DNA of 64,000 nt from Squalus acanthias (lineage: Eukaryota). A model generated the notes under the pieces. The model was not told the DNA's origin and made no database searches. It was given only the letters and a program-made list of their open reading frames with translations. The stretch spans positions 37,822,001-37,886,000 of the forward strand of contig CM059432.1 of NCBI GenBank assembly GCA_030390025.1, given 5' to 3'. Below are positions 24,886 to 38,535 of this stretch, piece after piece. Position numbers and translations under genes: made by a program. The stretch's first letter is position 1. Each line of letters begins with the position of its first letter.

Positions 24886-26179
24886 CTAAAAACACAACAA
24901 CAAAAAAATAATTATTTACAGGTTTCTCCTCCTCCATTCTTCCGCTTTTCTACTTGATCTGCAAGAGTGGCTGTGTGGCCTGTGCAGCATCAAGAACCAA
25001 CCCGAAGGAGTCACGTTGAACTATTACAAAGGGACTGCCAATTCTTGGAATGCCCCCCTCTCCCCCCCACCCAATGATCCAGACAAGAACAGACACATCT
25101 CACAATCACTGGCTGGAACCCGTAAATCACAGAGATATGAAGCCAGTTCTTTTACCACTACAATATCAAATTAACAAAGAGATCACTCTAATTGACAGAA
25201 ACTAACATACCAGATCATTTTATTAATCTACAAGTTTATTAATTTTTAAAGTTAGGATGGCAGTTATAAGAATGCTTTGGCGTACTGTACCTGATCAGAA
25301 TATTTAACATACCAAGGTCACGTGGGCAAAGGTGGCAACTGACAAAAACGCAGCAAAATATCCAAACAAAGTTCTGAAGGTGCCCACAGGGCTGTGGTTG
25401 AAATTTAGGTTTTAATACAATTGTATCAACACTTAATTTGGATTTGATATCTGCTTTGTTACCTAAAATAAACCACTCCAAAAAGAAGTTAACCTGTACT
25501 TGGTCATGGGAGGAGCAGCAAAACTGATCATCAGACCATCTGACTGCATTAATAAAAAACACTCAACCATTATCCAGTCAAGACGTGGTCTTAATTACCA
25601 CACATCCTTTCCACCCCATCCCCCACTTTAACACTGTCATTTTCTTAAAGTTTACGCTCACGTGGGCTTCCACCTCCCTATTGTGAACAAGAGTCCAGAT
25701 GCTTTTTTTTCTTCTTATAGTTTCCCTTTTTTGAAACATCAGCCATATTTTCATAGCTGCACTGCTGGAAAACCAGCTGCAATTTTTTTAGATTCCCGCT
25801 GTTAAAAGTTTAGGCGCTTGCCTTAGATTTTCTCTCGGATATAGTGGTGCCAGTCACTCCCACAAAAGGTCTGAGCATTTAGGGGTATGTCCGTCCTGCC
25901 CAACGTACTATACAATAGTATCCCCTTGTGATCTGAACCAGATGTGTGTGTCTTTTACATGTGCACTTCTTCAATCTCTTCAAAAACAGACTGAGATAAC
26001 ATTTGGTCAATCAACATGCTGTGCTGTGGCTGGAAGTAACAGTGCTAATAACCAGCATTTCCTACAATAACAACACATGTGCAATTGACTGATAGACACA
26101 CAGGTTCCTCGGAGCTGAACCTTTCAGCCCAGTTACTTTAATATCTGTACATATGGGAAACCAAGTGCATTCAGACATG

Positions 26180-26500
26180 TGATAGGAACAAAGGAACAGC
26201 AGTAGCCCATTCAGTCCCTCGAGCCTGTTCCACCATTCAATGAGATCATGGTTCATCTGTACCTCAACTCCATTTACCTGCTTTTGCTCCATATCCCTTA
26301 ATACCCTTAAAAAATCGATCCATTTCAGTCTTGAAAATTTCAATTAATCCAGCATCCACAACCTTTTGGGGGCAGCAAGTTCCAGATTTCTACCACCCTG
26401 TGTGAAAAAGTGCTTCCTGATTTCCTAATTGGCCTAGCTCTAATTTTAAGATGCCCTCTTGTTCTGGATTCCCCCACCAGAGGAAATCGTTTCTCTGTAC
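26180..26500 (-). mobile_element. CR1-clade LINE 3' fragment
   Basis: RFPLVGESRTRGHLKIR remnant and 3' UTR. Confidence 0.75.
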
Positions 26501-26791
26501 CCGCCCATCTACCCGACAGGGAAACGTGAAAACAAAAGACAAGAAATAACATTGAAAATAAAATGTAAGCTGTCACAATAGCCGAGCCACGATAGTGAAC
26601 TTACCCCTGCAATTCACTCGCTCTGTAACCTTCAACAATCTGATCTCTCTATATTCAGGGCACCTTTAGGGTAACTATGTGGAAAAAGTGTGAATTTAAA
26701 GAAAATTCCAAAGACTAAATGGTCAAACAGACAAATCCAGTGTCTCTGTTTGAATGTGGTCATTTTTATTATAATTTTATTCATTGATAAT

Positions 26792-27535
26792 GGCCCCAAA
26801 ATTAGTGCCTCTACGCGAGAGTACGCACCGTGTACTCTCGCGTATTCTGTCTCCAATTGCCGGTTTTCTGCATGCACTGCTCATGCGCTGAAAGCCGGCA
26901 CTTGGTGATTTCAAAAGGGGGCGGTTCCTAGGTGAACCGCGTGCGCGCTACAGGCTGCGCACACGCAGTGCACTTAGTGCTTTGAACGCACAGGTAAGCA
27001 TGGAAGATTTTACACATAAAGAAAGGAGGCGTAAGACCCTCTTTTAACAAGGTAAGTAGTCAATTAAGTATTATTTTGAATTTTTTTCAACAGGTATATC
27101 TTTTTTAGAAACTTTAAAGACAGGTAAGTTTATTTTTATAACTTTTTAAAAAGATTTTAAATTTTTTCAAAAATTTAATTTTTTGTTTAAAGTGGTTAAT
27201 TTATTTAACTATACTTATTTTATTAATGTGATGGTTTTTTTTTAAATTTAATTGAGGTTTAGCTGTTCTTTTGGGGGGGTATAGATTCATAGCTTTCACA
27301 GCACTTGATGTGAAAACTATGAATGAAAGATGGTGTGCTGCCATTGGCTCTAACTGAATCACGTGATCCCACAGCTCGCACGAATTAACTGCGCCTGTGG
27401 GATACGCAAGCACTGCACAGCTGCTGTCTAGTAAATCAAGTTCGTGCGAGCTCGGAATAAAAAAGCCGGCGCGCAGTGAGATATCGCGGGGAAGCCTTAC
27501 CCTCGCACGAAGGCTCCCTCACTAATTTTTGGGCC
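26792..27535 (+). mobile_element. Hairpin MITE, family B
   Basis: TIRs ggccccaaaattagtg / cactaatttttgggcc, flanks AAT and ATT. Near-identical to 31639-32379. Confidence 0.85.
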
Positions 27536-27589
27536 ATTGTTTCTCCATTCGTATTTACAAAGCACGATTAAAATAAAAGGAGGGGGGCC

Positions 27590-27935
27590 TTCCAAGGTGG
27601 TCAGTGTGCACGGAGCCAGAAGACCAGGAATTCTGAAAATATCTGGTCTCTATATTGAGTTACTTTCAGGGTCTCTCAGCTCAGGAAAGGTAAAGGTAAA
27701 TCAGCCAGAGTTTCCATTCCTGAATCCTGCTGCAAAGATGTGCCCCTGTGGGTGTGGATGAAGGCAGTGATGCCCCATTCCCCAACAGACAAATAACCTG
27801 CTGGCATTGGCCATCAAAGCTCCATCATGAAGCTTGGACACTTCTGCAAGATACTGGTGCATTGCCAATTCCTGTGGTACAGTATCCCAGCAGGAGTCAG
27901 CAAGTTCAGGAGAGGGGATAAGAAAATTGTGGGGA
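27590..27935 (+). mobile_element. Ancient SINE-like repeat; related copies at 36500-36850 (-) and 50770-50870 (-)
   Basis: Shared aaatcagccag.gttt/cc.ttcctga core. The 36500-36850 copy has a minus-strand B-box-like ggttcgatcc. Confidence 0.45.
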
Positions 27936-29849
27936 AAAATGGTAAACAGCTTTTTTTTTTTAAAACCTCAAATTAGAGGTTGAATTCAGTCTGGCAGAAA
28001 GCAGAATTCTCTTTCTCACTTAAGGATCCAAAGTGAGATGAGTCAGAGTTGTCTGCATCATTTCCAGTGGATGGATTTGCAAAAGAAAATTCCCATAATG
28101 TTACACTAATTGGCCAGTCTTGCTTAGAGAAACCATAATGAATGGGATGAGAGAGAGAAATGCTACACTGTATAGTAGGGCATTTTTCTGAGGTTAAGGA
28201 GAAGGAGCGTATTCTGGAACAGTGGAAGCCATATATTGTATTGACCCCGAACTCCAATTAAGAAACTATTTGTTCTCGGGATATGGATGTCGCTGGCAAG
28301 GTCATATATATTGTCCATCCATAGTTGCCCTGAGGTAGTGATGATGGGCTTTCTTCTGGAACTGCTGCCATCCTTGTAAGAATGCTCTGACAATGATGCT
28401 AGGTAGGGAATGCCATGATATTGACATAGCGAGGGCTGGATGTTATAATGAGAAAAACATGTGCCATTTTCTCTCAATGGTTACCGCATTTTCATTAGCA
28501 TAAGATTCACAAAAATTTGGAAGATAAAAGTAGATGAGCACATTCATGCAAATAAAGCTTCAGAGCATTCATTCCCTTCCTGTTGGTTTGCAAGTATGCT
28601 ATCTGGTAGTTCCAGTGGTAGAGTATCTGAATGCCATTCAGACAGCCTGGGTTTGAACCATGGCTTCAATTGACATTCAAATTCAGCTGTCGAATTCCAT
28701 ACCTCTTTCACTCCCTTCCTACTACAATTGAGACTTTTAAAACGCAAACGTATCACCTAACCACGACTTCTTGATTAATCTCATTTTATCTATTCTTTTT
28801 AAATTTGGTGATGCCAATGCTTGAGCCTGAACACTTCGGTTTTCTTTCTCAGTATTAAAAAAGCTACGTCAGTGGGAGGACATTTCACCGGTTCGTAGCT
28901 GGACTGCTCGACAAATTTTCTCTTAAGTGGTGGGGAGTCTTCACCTCAGCCAGTGAAAAAAGATCATGGATATCCATCCGACCCTTTACTGACTCAAACA
29001 GAATATCAACAGCAACCAGATCCCCTGCTCAAAATATTATTGGCAAAGAGTTCAAGGGGGAAAAAGTTTAAAAGAAAATATATGCACCAATCTAGAGAAT
29101 TGATCTGAAGGTTGGTCATACAGTTAAACGTGGTCATTGTCTCACATTTGATTTTAACTGAGATGTATACATAATGAAGGCAGTAATGCTTTATATTCAC
29201 GAGTGCACTGACCTAGTAACTCTAAAGCAACTGGAAGCTTTAATGGGACAGTTAGGTTTTGATGTGCTGAATGGCCGTTTTTCATCCTTGACTTTTCTTA
29301 TGCAGCAAGTGAGTTCTGGTTAGTGTTATGAATATTATACACAGATATCTATCTCATGGGTCTTCATAATTTCTGTTCATGCCAGATGTTAAACAATAGT
29401 CAGTTAAAGAATAATGAAGGGAAAATAAAGATTGGTTTAATGGTGCAACGAGTCCCTTTGTGGTTTGGCTCAGAGATGCTGGAGGCAGAGTGAGTACTCA
29501 TCGGCCTGTTATTATGGAATGTGGGTTTTGAATGTTTATTCTCTGAACTATCTTACTCCATTGTTGTGGTTTTTGCGTTTAGAATGCTTATTCTTTGAAA
29601 TTCTCTAATTGGATTTTCAAAGGAAGTGTATTTCTGGCAAATACAACATGAGATAATCTCCATGAAATATGAAAACAAAAATTTTAGATATAATATGCAT
29701 AGCAAAAATCAAGACAGTAATTGTTGTTGATAACTATATTAAAGATGGTTGTTAACAGTATGATTATACAATATAATTGTTGTAAATATGCTGGCAAGAA
29801 CCATGACAACATGTTAACCAGAGTCTTGATGGAACAAAATAGGCCACAA

Positions 29850-31210
29850 GTGTTGTTCCCCAGGGATCTGTACTGAGGCCTCAGCTTTTCACCATGTACA
29901 TCAATGACTTGAATGAAGGAAGAGAGAATTGTACATCAAAGTTAGCAGATGACACTATGTTGGGAGGCACAGTAAGCAGTGCAGATGGGAGCAGGACTTT
30001 ACAAAGCAACATAAATAGATTAAGTGAGTGGGCAAAACTGTGGCAAATGGAGCTCAATGTGGGGAAGTGCAAGGTCATTCACTTTGGACTCAAGACAAAT
30101 TGGAATATTTTCTAAATGGTGAGAAACTAGAAATTGTGGAGGAGCAAAAAAAGGTAGGTGTCCATGTCCACAAATCACTAAAAGCTAGTGGACAGGTACA
30201 AAAATGTATCAAAAAGGCTAATGGAATGTTGGCCTTTATCTCAAGGGGGCTGGAATACAAAGTGAAGGAAGTGATGCTTCAGTTGTACAGAGCCTTGGTC
30301 AGACCCCATCTGGAGCACTGTGTTCAATTCTGGGCACTGCACCTCAAGAAGGATATTGGCCTTGGACGGGGTGCAGCGCAGATTCACCAGAATGAACCAA
30401 TAGAATGATACTAGGACTTAAAGGGTTAAATTATGAGGATAGGTTGCATAAACTTGGCTCGTATTCCCTGGAGTAAGAAGATTGAGGGGTGATCTAATGT
30501 AGGCATTTCAAATAATAAAAGGATTGGAGAAGGTAGATACAGTGAAACTATTTCCTCTTGCGGAAAGGGGCATAATCTTAAAGTTAGAGCTAGGCCAGTC
30601 AGGACTGAAATCAGGAAACATTTTTTCCAAACAGAGGGTACTGGAAACCTGGAACTTTCTTCCCCAGAAGGCTGTGGATGCTGGGTCAATTGGTGCTTTC
30701 AAGAGTGAGATGGATAGTTTTTTTTGTTAGGTAAGGGTATCAAGTGATATGGAGCAACAGCAGATAAATGGAGTTGAGGTGCAGATCATCCATTATCTGA
30801 TTGAATGGTGGAACAGGTTCAAGGGGCTGAATGGCCTACTCCTATTTCTATGTTCCTAGAATAGGGCTTGATAGGGTGGATGCTGGGAGAATGTTTCCCT
30901 TGGCTGGGGAGTCTAGAACCAGGGGCCACAGTCTCAGGATAAAGGGTAGGCCATTCAGGACTGAGATGAGAAGAAATTTCTTCACAGAGGGTGGTGAATC
31001 TTTGGAATTCTCTACCCCAGAGGGCTGTGGAGGCTCAGTCATTGGGTATATTCAAAACAGAAGTCGGCAGATTTCTGACTAGTAAGGGCATCAAGGGATA
31101 TGGCAATAGGGCCAGTGAATGGAGTTGAGGCAGAAGATCAGCCATGATCTCATTGAATGACGGAGCAGGCTCGAAGGGCCTACTTCTGCTCCTATTTCCT
31201 ATGTTCTTAT
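29850..31210 (+). mobile_element. Two tandem CR1-clade LINE 3' fragments (29850-30858, 30859-31210)
   Basis: YINDL..SKLADDT and LYRALVRPHLEHCVQFW, followed by a second LDRVDAGRMFPLAGESRTRGH segment. Two 3' UTRs. Confidence 0.85.
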
Positions 31211-31638
31211 GAACTACATTCAAAATGCTAATCGATCTTGTACTGTCACCTTAAATAACCTGTGTACCTGCACACCAAGGTCTTTTGCTACTCTACTACT
31301 TTACCTGTATTTCATTTCCCTATTCTGTAATATGTAATACTGTTCTACATTGAACTATATCAGACACCTATCTGCCGATTTTACTAACCTATCCAAGCCC
31401 TCCTGCAATCTTTCATCATCCTCATGACAATGTGGTGTTATTAGCAAATTTAAATATTGTTTCTTGAATTCCTAAGTCCAGACCATTGTGCTTTTATCAT
31501 TTTATTAACACATGATGAAACCTTCCCAACAGCAGCACAAAACACAAAGGGAAGAATCTGGCCTATATGACCCAAACACTGCACAGACTCAAACCAACCC
31601 CCAAGTAAGAATGGGTTGACTCAGAATGGAGACACAAG

Positions 31639-32379
31639 GGGCCGAAAATTGATCCCGGGACGCGAGAGTACGCACTGCGTACTCTCGCGTATTCCCACTC
31701 CAATTGCCGGTTTTCTGCATGCCCTGCGCATGCGCTGAAAACCGGCAATTGCTCTTCTGAAAAGGGGGCGGGTCCTGGGTGCATCGCGTGCGCGCTACAG
31801 GCTGTGCGCACGCTGTGCACTTCATGCTTTGGACGCGCAGGTAAGTAGGGAAGATTTTGGAAATGTAAAAAGGAGTAAGACCCGCTTTTAAGAAGGTAAG
31901 TAGTGAATTAAGTATTTTTTTGAATTTTTTTTTACAGGTATATCTTTTTTAGAGACTTTAAAGACAGGTAAGTTTATTTTTATAACTTTTTAAAAGATTT
32001 TAAATTTTTTCAAAAATTTAATTTTTTATTTAAAATGGTTAATTTAATTACCTATACTTATTTTATTAATGTGATGGGTTTTTTTTTAAATTTAATTGAG
32101 GTTTAGCTGTTATTTTGGGGGGGGTGTAAGATTCATAGATTTCACAGGGTGCTGTGAAACTTATGAATGGAAGATGGTGTGCTGCCATTGGCTCTAACTG
32201 AGTCACGTGATCCCACAGCTCGCACGAATTCACTACGCCGCTGGGATACGCAAGCACTGCCCAGCTGATCTCTAGAACATGAAGTTCGTGCGAGCTGGAT
32301 CTGAAAAAGCACAAGCGAGGTGAGAGATCGCGGGAAAGCCTTACCCCCGCGGGAACAGAGCGAGATCAATTTCTGGGCC
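31639..32379 (+). mobile_element. Hairpin MITE, family B, with 3-bp TSD
   Basis: TIRs gggccgaaaattgatc / gatcaatttctgggcc, flanked by AAG on both sides. Confidence 0.85.
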
Positions 32380-32749
32380 AAGGTAACAGCCCCACCCACA
32401 AAGGGATATTACTTAATCCTTAAAGAGCCCTCTTTATGTAGGCAGAACCCTTGATATACATCTGACCCAGGGACCAGCACCAAATTATCTTGAACCTGAG
32501 CAGCACTTTGATCTCAAGATGTGAACAACTGTACTGACAAATCTAATGTGACAAAATTATATGGCGACTTTAAAAAAATATATAAATATGCATTTTGTGA
32601 AGAGGAGGGAAGAACAGGACATATTTTGCAACAATCAGCAGGCAAAATTTGGAAAACTTTGCAGAACTTATCCTCAGGAGATTGGAGACTACATGGAAAC
32701 ATCACCTGTCAAATGCAATTTGTCATGGTTAACCAATGTGTGCTGTAGG

Positions 32750-33000
32750 TTACGTAGAATTACACAGAATCTACAGCATAGAAACAGGCCATTCGGCCCA
32801 ACTGCTTTTTGCTGGTGTTTATGCTGTACACGAGCCTCCTCCCACCCCACTTCATCTAACCCCATCAGCATATTCTTCTATTCCTTTCTCCCTCGTGCTT
32901 ATCTAGCTTCCCCTTAAATGCATCAATGCTATTTGCCTCAACTACTCCTTGTGGTAGTGAGTTCCACATTCTTGCCACTTTTTAGGTAAAGAAGTCTTTC
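32750..33000 (-). mobile_element. CR1-clade LINE 3' tail
   Basis: aggccattcggcccaac 3' UTR and an LWNSLP-like remnant. Confidence 0.65.
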
Positions 33001-33861
33001 CTTTACACGTTACATGCATGTATCACATCACTTGTGTGCAAGTTACAACTTTAGATTGTTATCCTGCTGAATTTTTTTATCTCAAGGAGTTGAGCAGACA
33101 TTTATAATGTTTTGTTTTCTTCGGAAGCTTCACCTGCATTTACCACATTTCCCTCAAGCTAGTGTCAATTGTACAATGGCTATTAAAAAGTTCAGGGTTG
33201 ATCAAATTAAACAGCATTTTCTCATTCTGTAACTTCATACAGACCAATGTAATTTGGCATCAATCTCAGAAAGCCATGCCCCACTACACCAGGCATTTCT
33301 AGTTCCACATCAGTCACCCTTGTGGTTTGGATTATGGACAGCTTCTTACGTCCACCAGGAACTGAGTTACAACTAAGAAAGGAGACTTTCACTCGAGTCT
33401 TGGTTGCATTAGAACTCCGGTCCTAAAGTTGAAAGGAAGGCATTCAAATTCACTGTACCGTCCACCCCATTTTATTACCTTTTAAAAACATTGACTTCAA
33501 ACTGTAGGGCACATCTCCAGCAGCTTTATGCAACAAGCTACCTTGAGCTGATGAAGTCATCCATTTATACATAACTACCCTGGAGAGTACAAATCATGTG
33601 TGTTTAAAAACATGTACAAGGAAAATTGCATTTTTTAATTACAGAACTCAAATACAACAATTTCCTGTTTTTAGACCATTTCAGCCAGAATTATGGGCAG
33701 CCGAGATGGGTAATAAGGCTGCAGTTTAATTTCAGGCTTCATATGACATCACCTACTCTAGAGAACCTGGAGATCAAATTGCAGCATTTAACTCATTTCC
33801 CTCCCATCCATTTTTTATATATGGGAAATGGTATGGTCTCAATAATAAAAAATGAGGTAAT

Positions 33862-34345
33862 ATCACCAGACTGATACCTGGGATGGCAGGAATGACGTAT
33901 GAGGAGAGATTGGGTCGATTGGGCTTGTATTCGCTAGAGTTTAGAAGAATGAGAGGGGATCTCATTGAAACTTATAAAATTCTAACAGGACTAGACAGAC
34001 TAGATGCAGGAAGGATGTTCCCGATGGCGGGGGAGTCCAGAACCAGGGGTCACAGTCTAAGGATAAGGGGTAAGCCATTTAGGACTGAGATGAGGAGGAA
34101 TTTCTTTACCCAGAGAGTGGTGAACCTGTGGAATTCTCTACCACACAAGGCAGTTGAGGCCAATTCATTAAATATATTCAAGAAGGAGTTAGATGTATTT
34201 CTTAAGGCTAAAGGGATCAAGGGATATGGGGAGAAAGCAGGGACAGGGTACTGAATTTGGATGATCAGCCATGATCTCATTAAATGGCGGAACAGGCTCG
34301 AGGGGCCGAATGGCCTACTCCTGCTCCTATCTTCTATGTTTCTAT
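33862..34345 (+). mobile_element. CR1-clade LINE 3' fragment
   Basis: Intact C-terminal ORF MAGMTYEERLGRLGLYSLEFRR..., near-identical to 56293-57527. Confidence 0.92.
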
Positions 34346-34721
34346 CAGTTACAAGTGGTAGCCAAATTGCATGGGTTGGACACTGTTTGTAACCGTGACA
34401 TTATTATTGCAGAATTCTGGCACATGATTTACCTGAAGGGTATAATAAGGGAAATATTTTGCAATCAATAAGGAAAATTATGAGAAACAAAATCAAGGTA
34501 CTTCATTATACATTTTTTTTTTTTTACTGTAACAGTAAAACAAATCTAAACAGCACTTTCGCATTCTGTAATTTCACAAACTCCCTCTCATCTGCCCAAT
34601 GCAAAAACAAGTTCATAATAATAATTGCACTAGTCAAATTTAGCATCTTGACAGGATTTTTCTTGAGGAAATGGTTTCAATTGTTTTATATTTTTCCTGA
34701 ATTATTCATGTTAAAGATACT

Positions 34722-35148
34722 GGCCCGGAATTTGCGGTCAGCGGCAAAGAGACGGCGATCACCGCTGAGCTCGGAGAAAGCTGCCCACAAAGATCTTGTG
34801 ATCTCTGTGGCAAAGACTTTAGCTTTCTCGATGTTAAATTTGATTGTAGTGCTGACAAAAGGGGATGGTAGAGTACAGTAGCAGTGATGTCATCAAGCTG
34901 TAAGCAGCCAATCACATTGAAGAATTCAGACAGCAAGCCAGGAAATAAAAAGTACTGATTATCATGTCACTTTAAAAAATTTTTTTACAGAGCGCAAAAT
35001 AAAGATTGGAACATACATATGGGGTTAAGGTAGAAGCTGAAATATCATAAACACACTTTAGCATGCGATAAATCCTGAAGTTACGGTCAGTTTCAGAGGG
35101 GTAATGACGCCGAATGCTGCCAGTTTCGCCGTCATTACCAACGCAAAA
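34722..35148. mobile_element. GGCC-ended MITE-like element whose right end is cut by a LINE
   Basis: Starts ggcccggaatttgcg. cgcaaaa sits at the LINE junction and tcctggcc follows the LINE at ~36388-36395. Confidence 0.45.
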
Positions 35149-35149
35149 C

Positions 35150-36393
35150 ATTTTTTTATATTCGTTCCTGGGATGTTGGCGCGCTGGCAAGGCCAGCATT
35201 TATTGCCCATCCTTAACTGCCCTTAAGAAGGTGGTGGTGAGCCGCTTTCTTGAACCGCTGCAGTCCGTGTGGTGAAGGTACTCCCAAAGTGCTGTTAGGG
35301 AGGGAGTTCCAGGATTTTGACCCAGCAACGATGAAGGGACGACGATATACTTCCAAGTCAGGATGGTGTGTGACTTGGAGGGGAACTTACAGGTGGTGGT
35401 GTTCACATACGCCTTGTCCTTCTAGGTGGTAGAGTTCACGGGTTTGGGAGGTGCTGTCGAAGACTACTTGGCGAGTTGCTGCAGTGCATCTTGTAGATGG
35501 CACACACTGCAGCCACGGTGAGCTGGTGGTGGAGTGAGTGAATTTTTAAGGTGCTGGATGGGGTGCCAATCAAGCGGGCTGCTTTGTCCTGGATGGTGTT
35601 CAGCTTCTTGAGTGTTGTTGGAGCTGCACTCACACCCAAGCAAGTGGAGAGTATTCCATCACACTCCTGACTTGTGCCTTGTAGATGGTGGAAAGGCTTT
35701 GGGGAGTCAGGAGGTGAGACACTCGCCACAGAATACCCATCCTCTGACCTGCTCCTGTAGCCAGAGTATTTATGTCGCTGGTCCTGTTAAGTTTCTGGTC
35801 AGTGGTGACCCCCAGGATGTTGATGGTGGGGGATTCGCCGATGGTAGTGCTGTTGAATGTCAAGGGGCGGTGGTTAGACTCTCACTTATTGGAGATAGTC
35901 ATTGCCTGGCACTTGTGTGGCACGAATGTTACCTGCCACTTATCAGCCCAAGCCTGAATGTCATCCAGGTCTTGCTGAATGCAGGCATGGACCGCTTCAT
36001 TATCTGAAGAGTTGCAAATGGAACTGAACACCGTGCAGTCATCAGTGAGCATCCCCACTTCTGACCTTATGATGGAGGGAAGGTCATTGATGAAGCAGCT
36101 GAAGATGGTTGGGCCTAAAACACTACCCTGAGGAACTCCTGCAGTGATGTCCTGGGGCTGAGATGATTGACCTCAAACAACCATCTTCCTTTGTGCTCGG
36201 TATGATTCCAGCCAGTGGAGAGTTTTCCCCAATTCCCACCGACTTCAGTTTTACTAGGGCTCCTTGATGCCACACTCAGTCAAATGCTGCCTTGATGTCA
36301 AGGGCAGTCACTCTCCCCTCATCTCTGGAATTCAGCTCTTCTGTCCATGTTTGGACCAAGGCTGTAATGAGGTCTGGAGCCGAGTGGTCCTGG
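35150..36393 (-). mobile_element. 5'-truncated copy of the tRNA-headed CR1-clade LINE family
   Basis: Colinear with 41936-43150. ESPTINILGVT and SAAPTTLKKL remnants. Confidence 0.9.
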
Positions 36394-36889
36394 CCATAAT
36401 TTTGTCACTAGGAAAGTCAGCAAAATGTACCACTGTTGCTGGTCATTCACACTCCCATTCTCTCCCTTTCTTTCTACTCATACTGGAATATGATTTCACG
36501 GGCGCTGGATGCCTCTTCTAGCTTGTCTCAGTGGTCAGTCTTCATGTAGGAGTCAGACAGTGAATGCTGGCAGCCGACTCATCTCCCTGGGGTATCAACC
36601 CCGAGCCAGATGCCGTCCTCAACCAATGTCCAAATATACACAATTCCAAGCTGGGGTCACTGGACAGTGATGGGTAGCGGAAACGATATCTGATTTCATC
36701 GCTCTTGCCCAGTGCTGCTCAGGTCAACTGTGGTGCCAACACCACCACCACCACCACCCGAGCTGAAATCACCCAACTTCAGACTGTGGATCGAACCTGG
36801 GACCTTACTGATTGGTACAGGCGGTGCATTAACTAACTGCATCATCAGTGATTAAATTTGCCTGTCCTTTTATGATTTTGAAAGAACGA

Positions 36890-38535
36890 AAAACACTTGC
36901 ATTCATATCGCGCTTTTCATGACCTCAGGATGTCCCAAAGCGCTTTACACCCAATTAAGTACTATTTGAAATGTAGTCACTGTTGCAATGTAGGGAATGT
37001 GGCAGCCAAATCGCACACAAGCTCCCACAAACAGCAATGTGATTATGTCCCCCTCAAATTCGGCTGCCCTCAGAAGTTTGTCACCATCCTCCGCCTGCTT
37101 CACGACGACATGCAAGCCGTGATCCTGACCAACGGTTCCATCACAGACCCAATACATGTACGGACTGGGGTCAAGCAAGGCTGTGTCATCGCACCAACGC
37201 TCTTCTCGCTCTTCCTTGCTGCAATGCTCCATCTCACCCTCGGTTACCTCCCCGCTGGATTGGAGCTAATTTACAGAATGGGAAACTGTTCAACCTCCGT
37301 CGCCTCCAGTCCAGATCCAAGGTCGTCCCTTCCTCTGTCGTCGAATTACAGTATGTAGACGACGCTTGTGTCTGCGCTCACTCGGAGGTCGAACTCCAAA
37401 CCATCGTTAACACCTTCACCGAAGCGTACGAGAGCATGGGCCTTACACTAAACATCCGTAAGACAAAGGTCCTCTACCAACCTGCCCCCGCCACACAGTA
37501 CTGCCCCCAATTATCAAAATCCATGACAAGGCCTTGGACAATGTGGACCACTTTCCATACCTCGGGAGCCTACTGTCAACAAGGGCAGACGTCGACGACG
37601 AAGTCCAACACCGCATTCAGTGTGCCAGTGCAGCCTTCGGTCGCCTGAGGAAGAGTGTGTTTGAAGACCAGGACCTCAAACCCAGCACTAAGCTCATGGT
37701 CTACAGAGCAGTAGTAATACCCGCCCTTCTGTATGCCTCAGAGACATGGACCATGTACAGCAGGCACCTCAAAGCACTGGAGAGGTACCACCAACGCTGC
37801 CTCCGCAAGATCCTGCAAATCCATTGGCAGGATAAGCACACCAACGTCAGTGTTCTCGCTCAGGCCAACATCCCCAGCATCGAAGCTTTGACCACGCTCG
37901 ATCAGCTCCGATGGATGAGTCACACCCGTCCGCATGCCCGATACGAGACTCCCAAAACAAGCGCTCTACTCGGAGCTCCGACACAGCAAGAGAGCCCCAG
38001 GCGGGCCGAGGAAACGCTTCAAGGACACCCTCAAAGCCTCCTTGAAAAAGTGCAACATCCCCACCGACACCTGGGAATCCCTGGCCCAAGACCGCACAAA
38101 GTGGAGGAGAAGCATCCGGGAAGGCGCCGAATACCTCGAGTCTCTTCGCCTGGGAGCAAGCGGAAGCCAAGCGCAAGGAGCGCACGTCAACCCAAGCACC
38201 CCACCCACCCACCCCTTCAACCACCGTCTGCCCCACCTGTGACAGAGACTGTAGGTTCCGCATTGGACTCATCAGTCACCTGAGAACTCATTTTGAATGT
38301 GGAAGCAAGTCATCCTCGGTTCCGAGGGACTGCCTAAGAAGAAGAAGATAATCTGTTTTTAGTGATGTTGATTGAGGGATAAATATTGGCCTGGTGAGAG
38401 GGGATAACTCCCCTGCACCTCTTCTAAATCGTGCCATGGGATCTTTATGTCCACCTGAAATAAGGCATCTCCGACAGTGCAGCACTCCCTCAGCACTGCG
38501 CTGGAGTGTCAGCCTAGATTTTTTGTGCTCAAATC
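36890..38535 (-). mobile_element. DeuSINE split by an RTE insertion (parts 36890-37048 and 38347-38535)
   Basis: SINE sequence aaacagcaatgtgat.atg|..|gataatctgtttttag resumes across the RTE. Confidence 0.75.
37051..38348 (+). mobile_element. 5'-truncated RTE-clade LINE
   Basis: KFGCPQKFV, GVKQGCVIAPTLF, FPYLGS, LYASETW, LPKQALYSEL motifs, C-terminal CPTC..C..H zinc knuckle, and an (AAG)n tail. Confidence 0.9.

Noticed and set aside
26817..26826. AGAGTACGCA shared between the MITE B hairpin and the minisatellite unit
   Set aside because: Too short to infer common origin, with no flanking similarity.
28600..28680. tRNA-like sequence (tagttccagtggtagag...gggtttgaacc)
   Set aside because: No complete cloverleaf. 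More likely a decayed SINE head than a tRNA gene.
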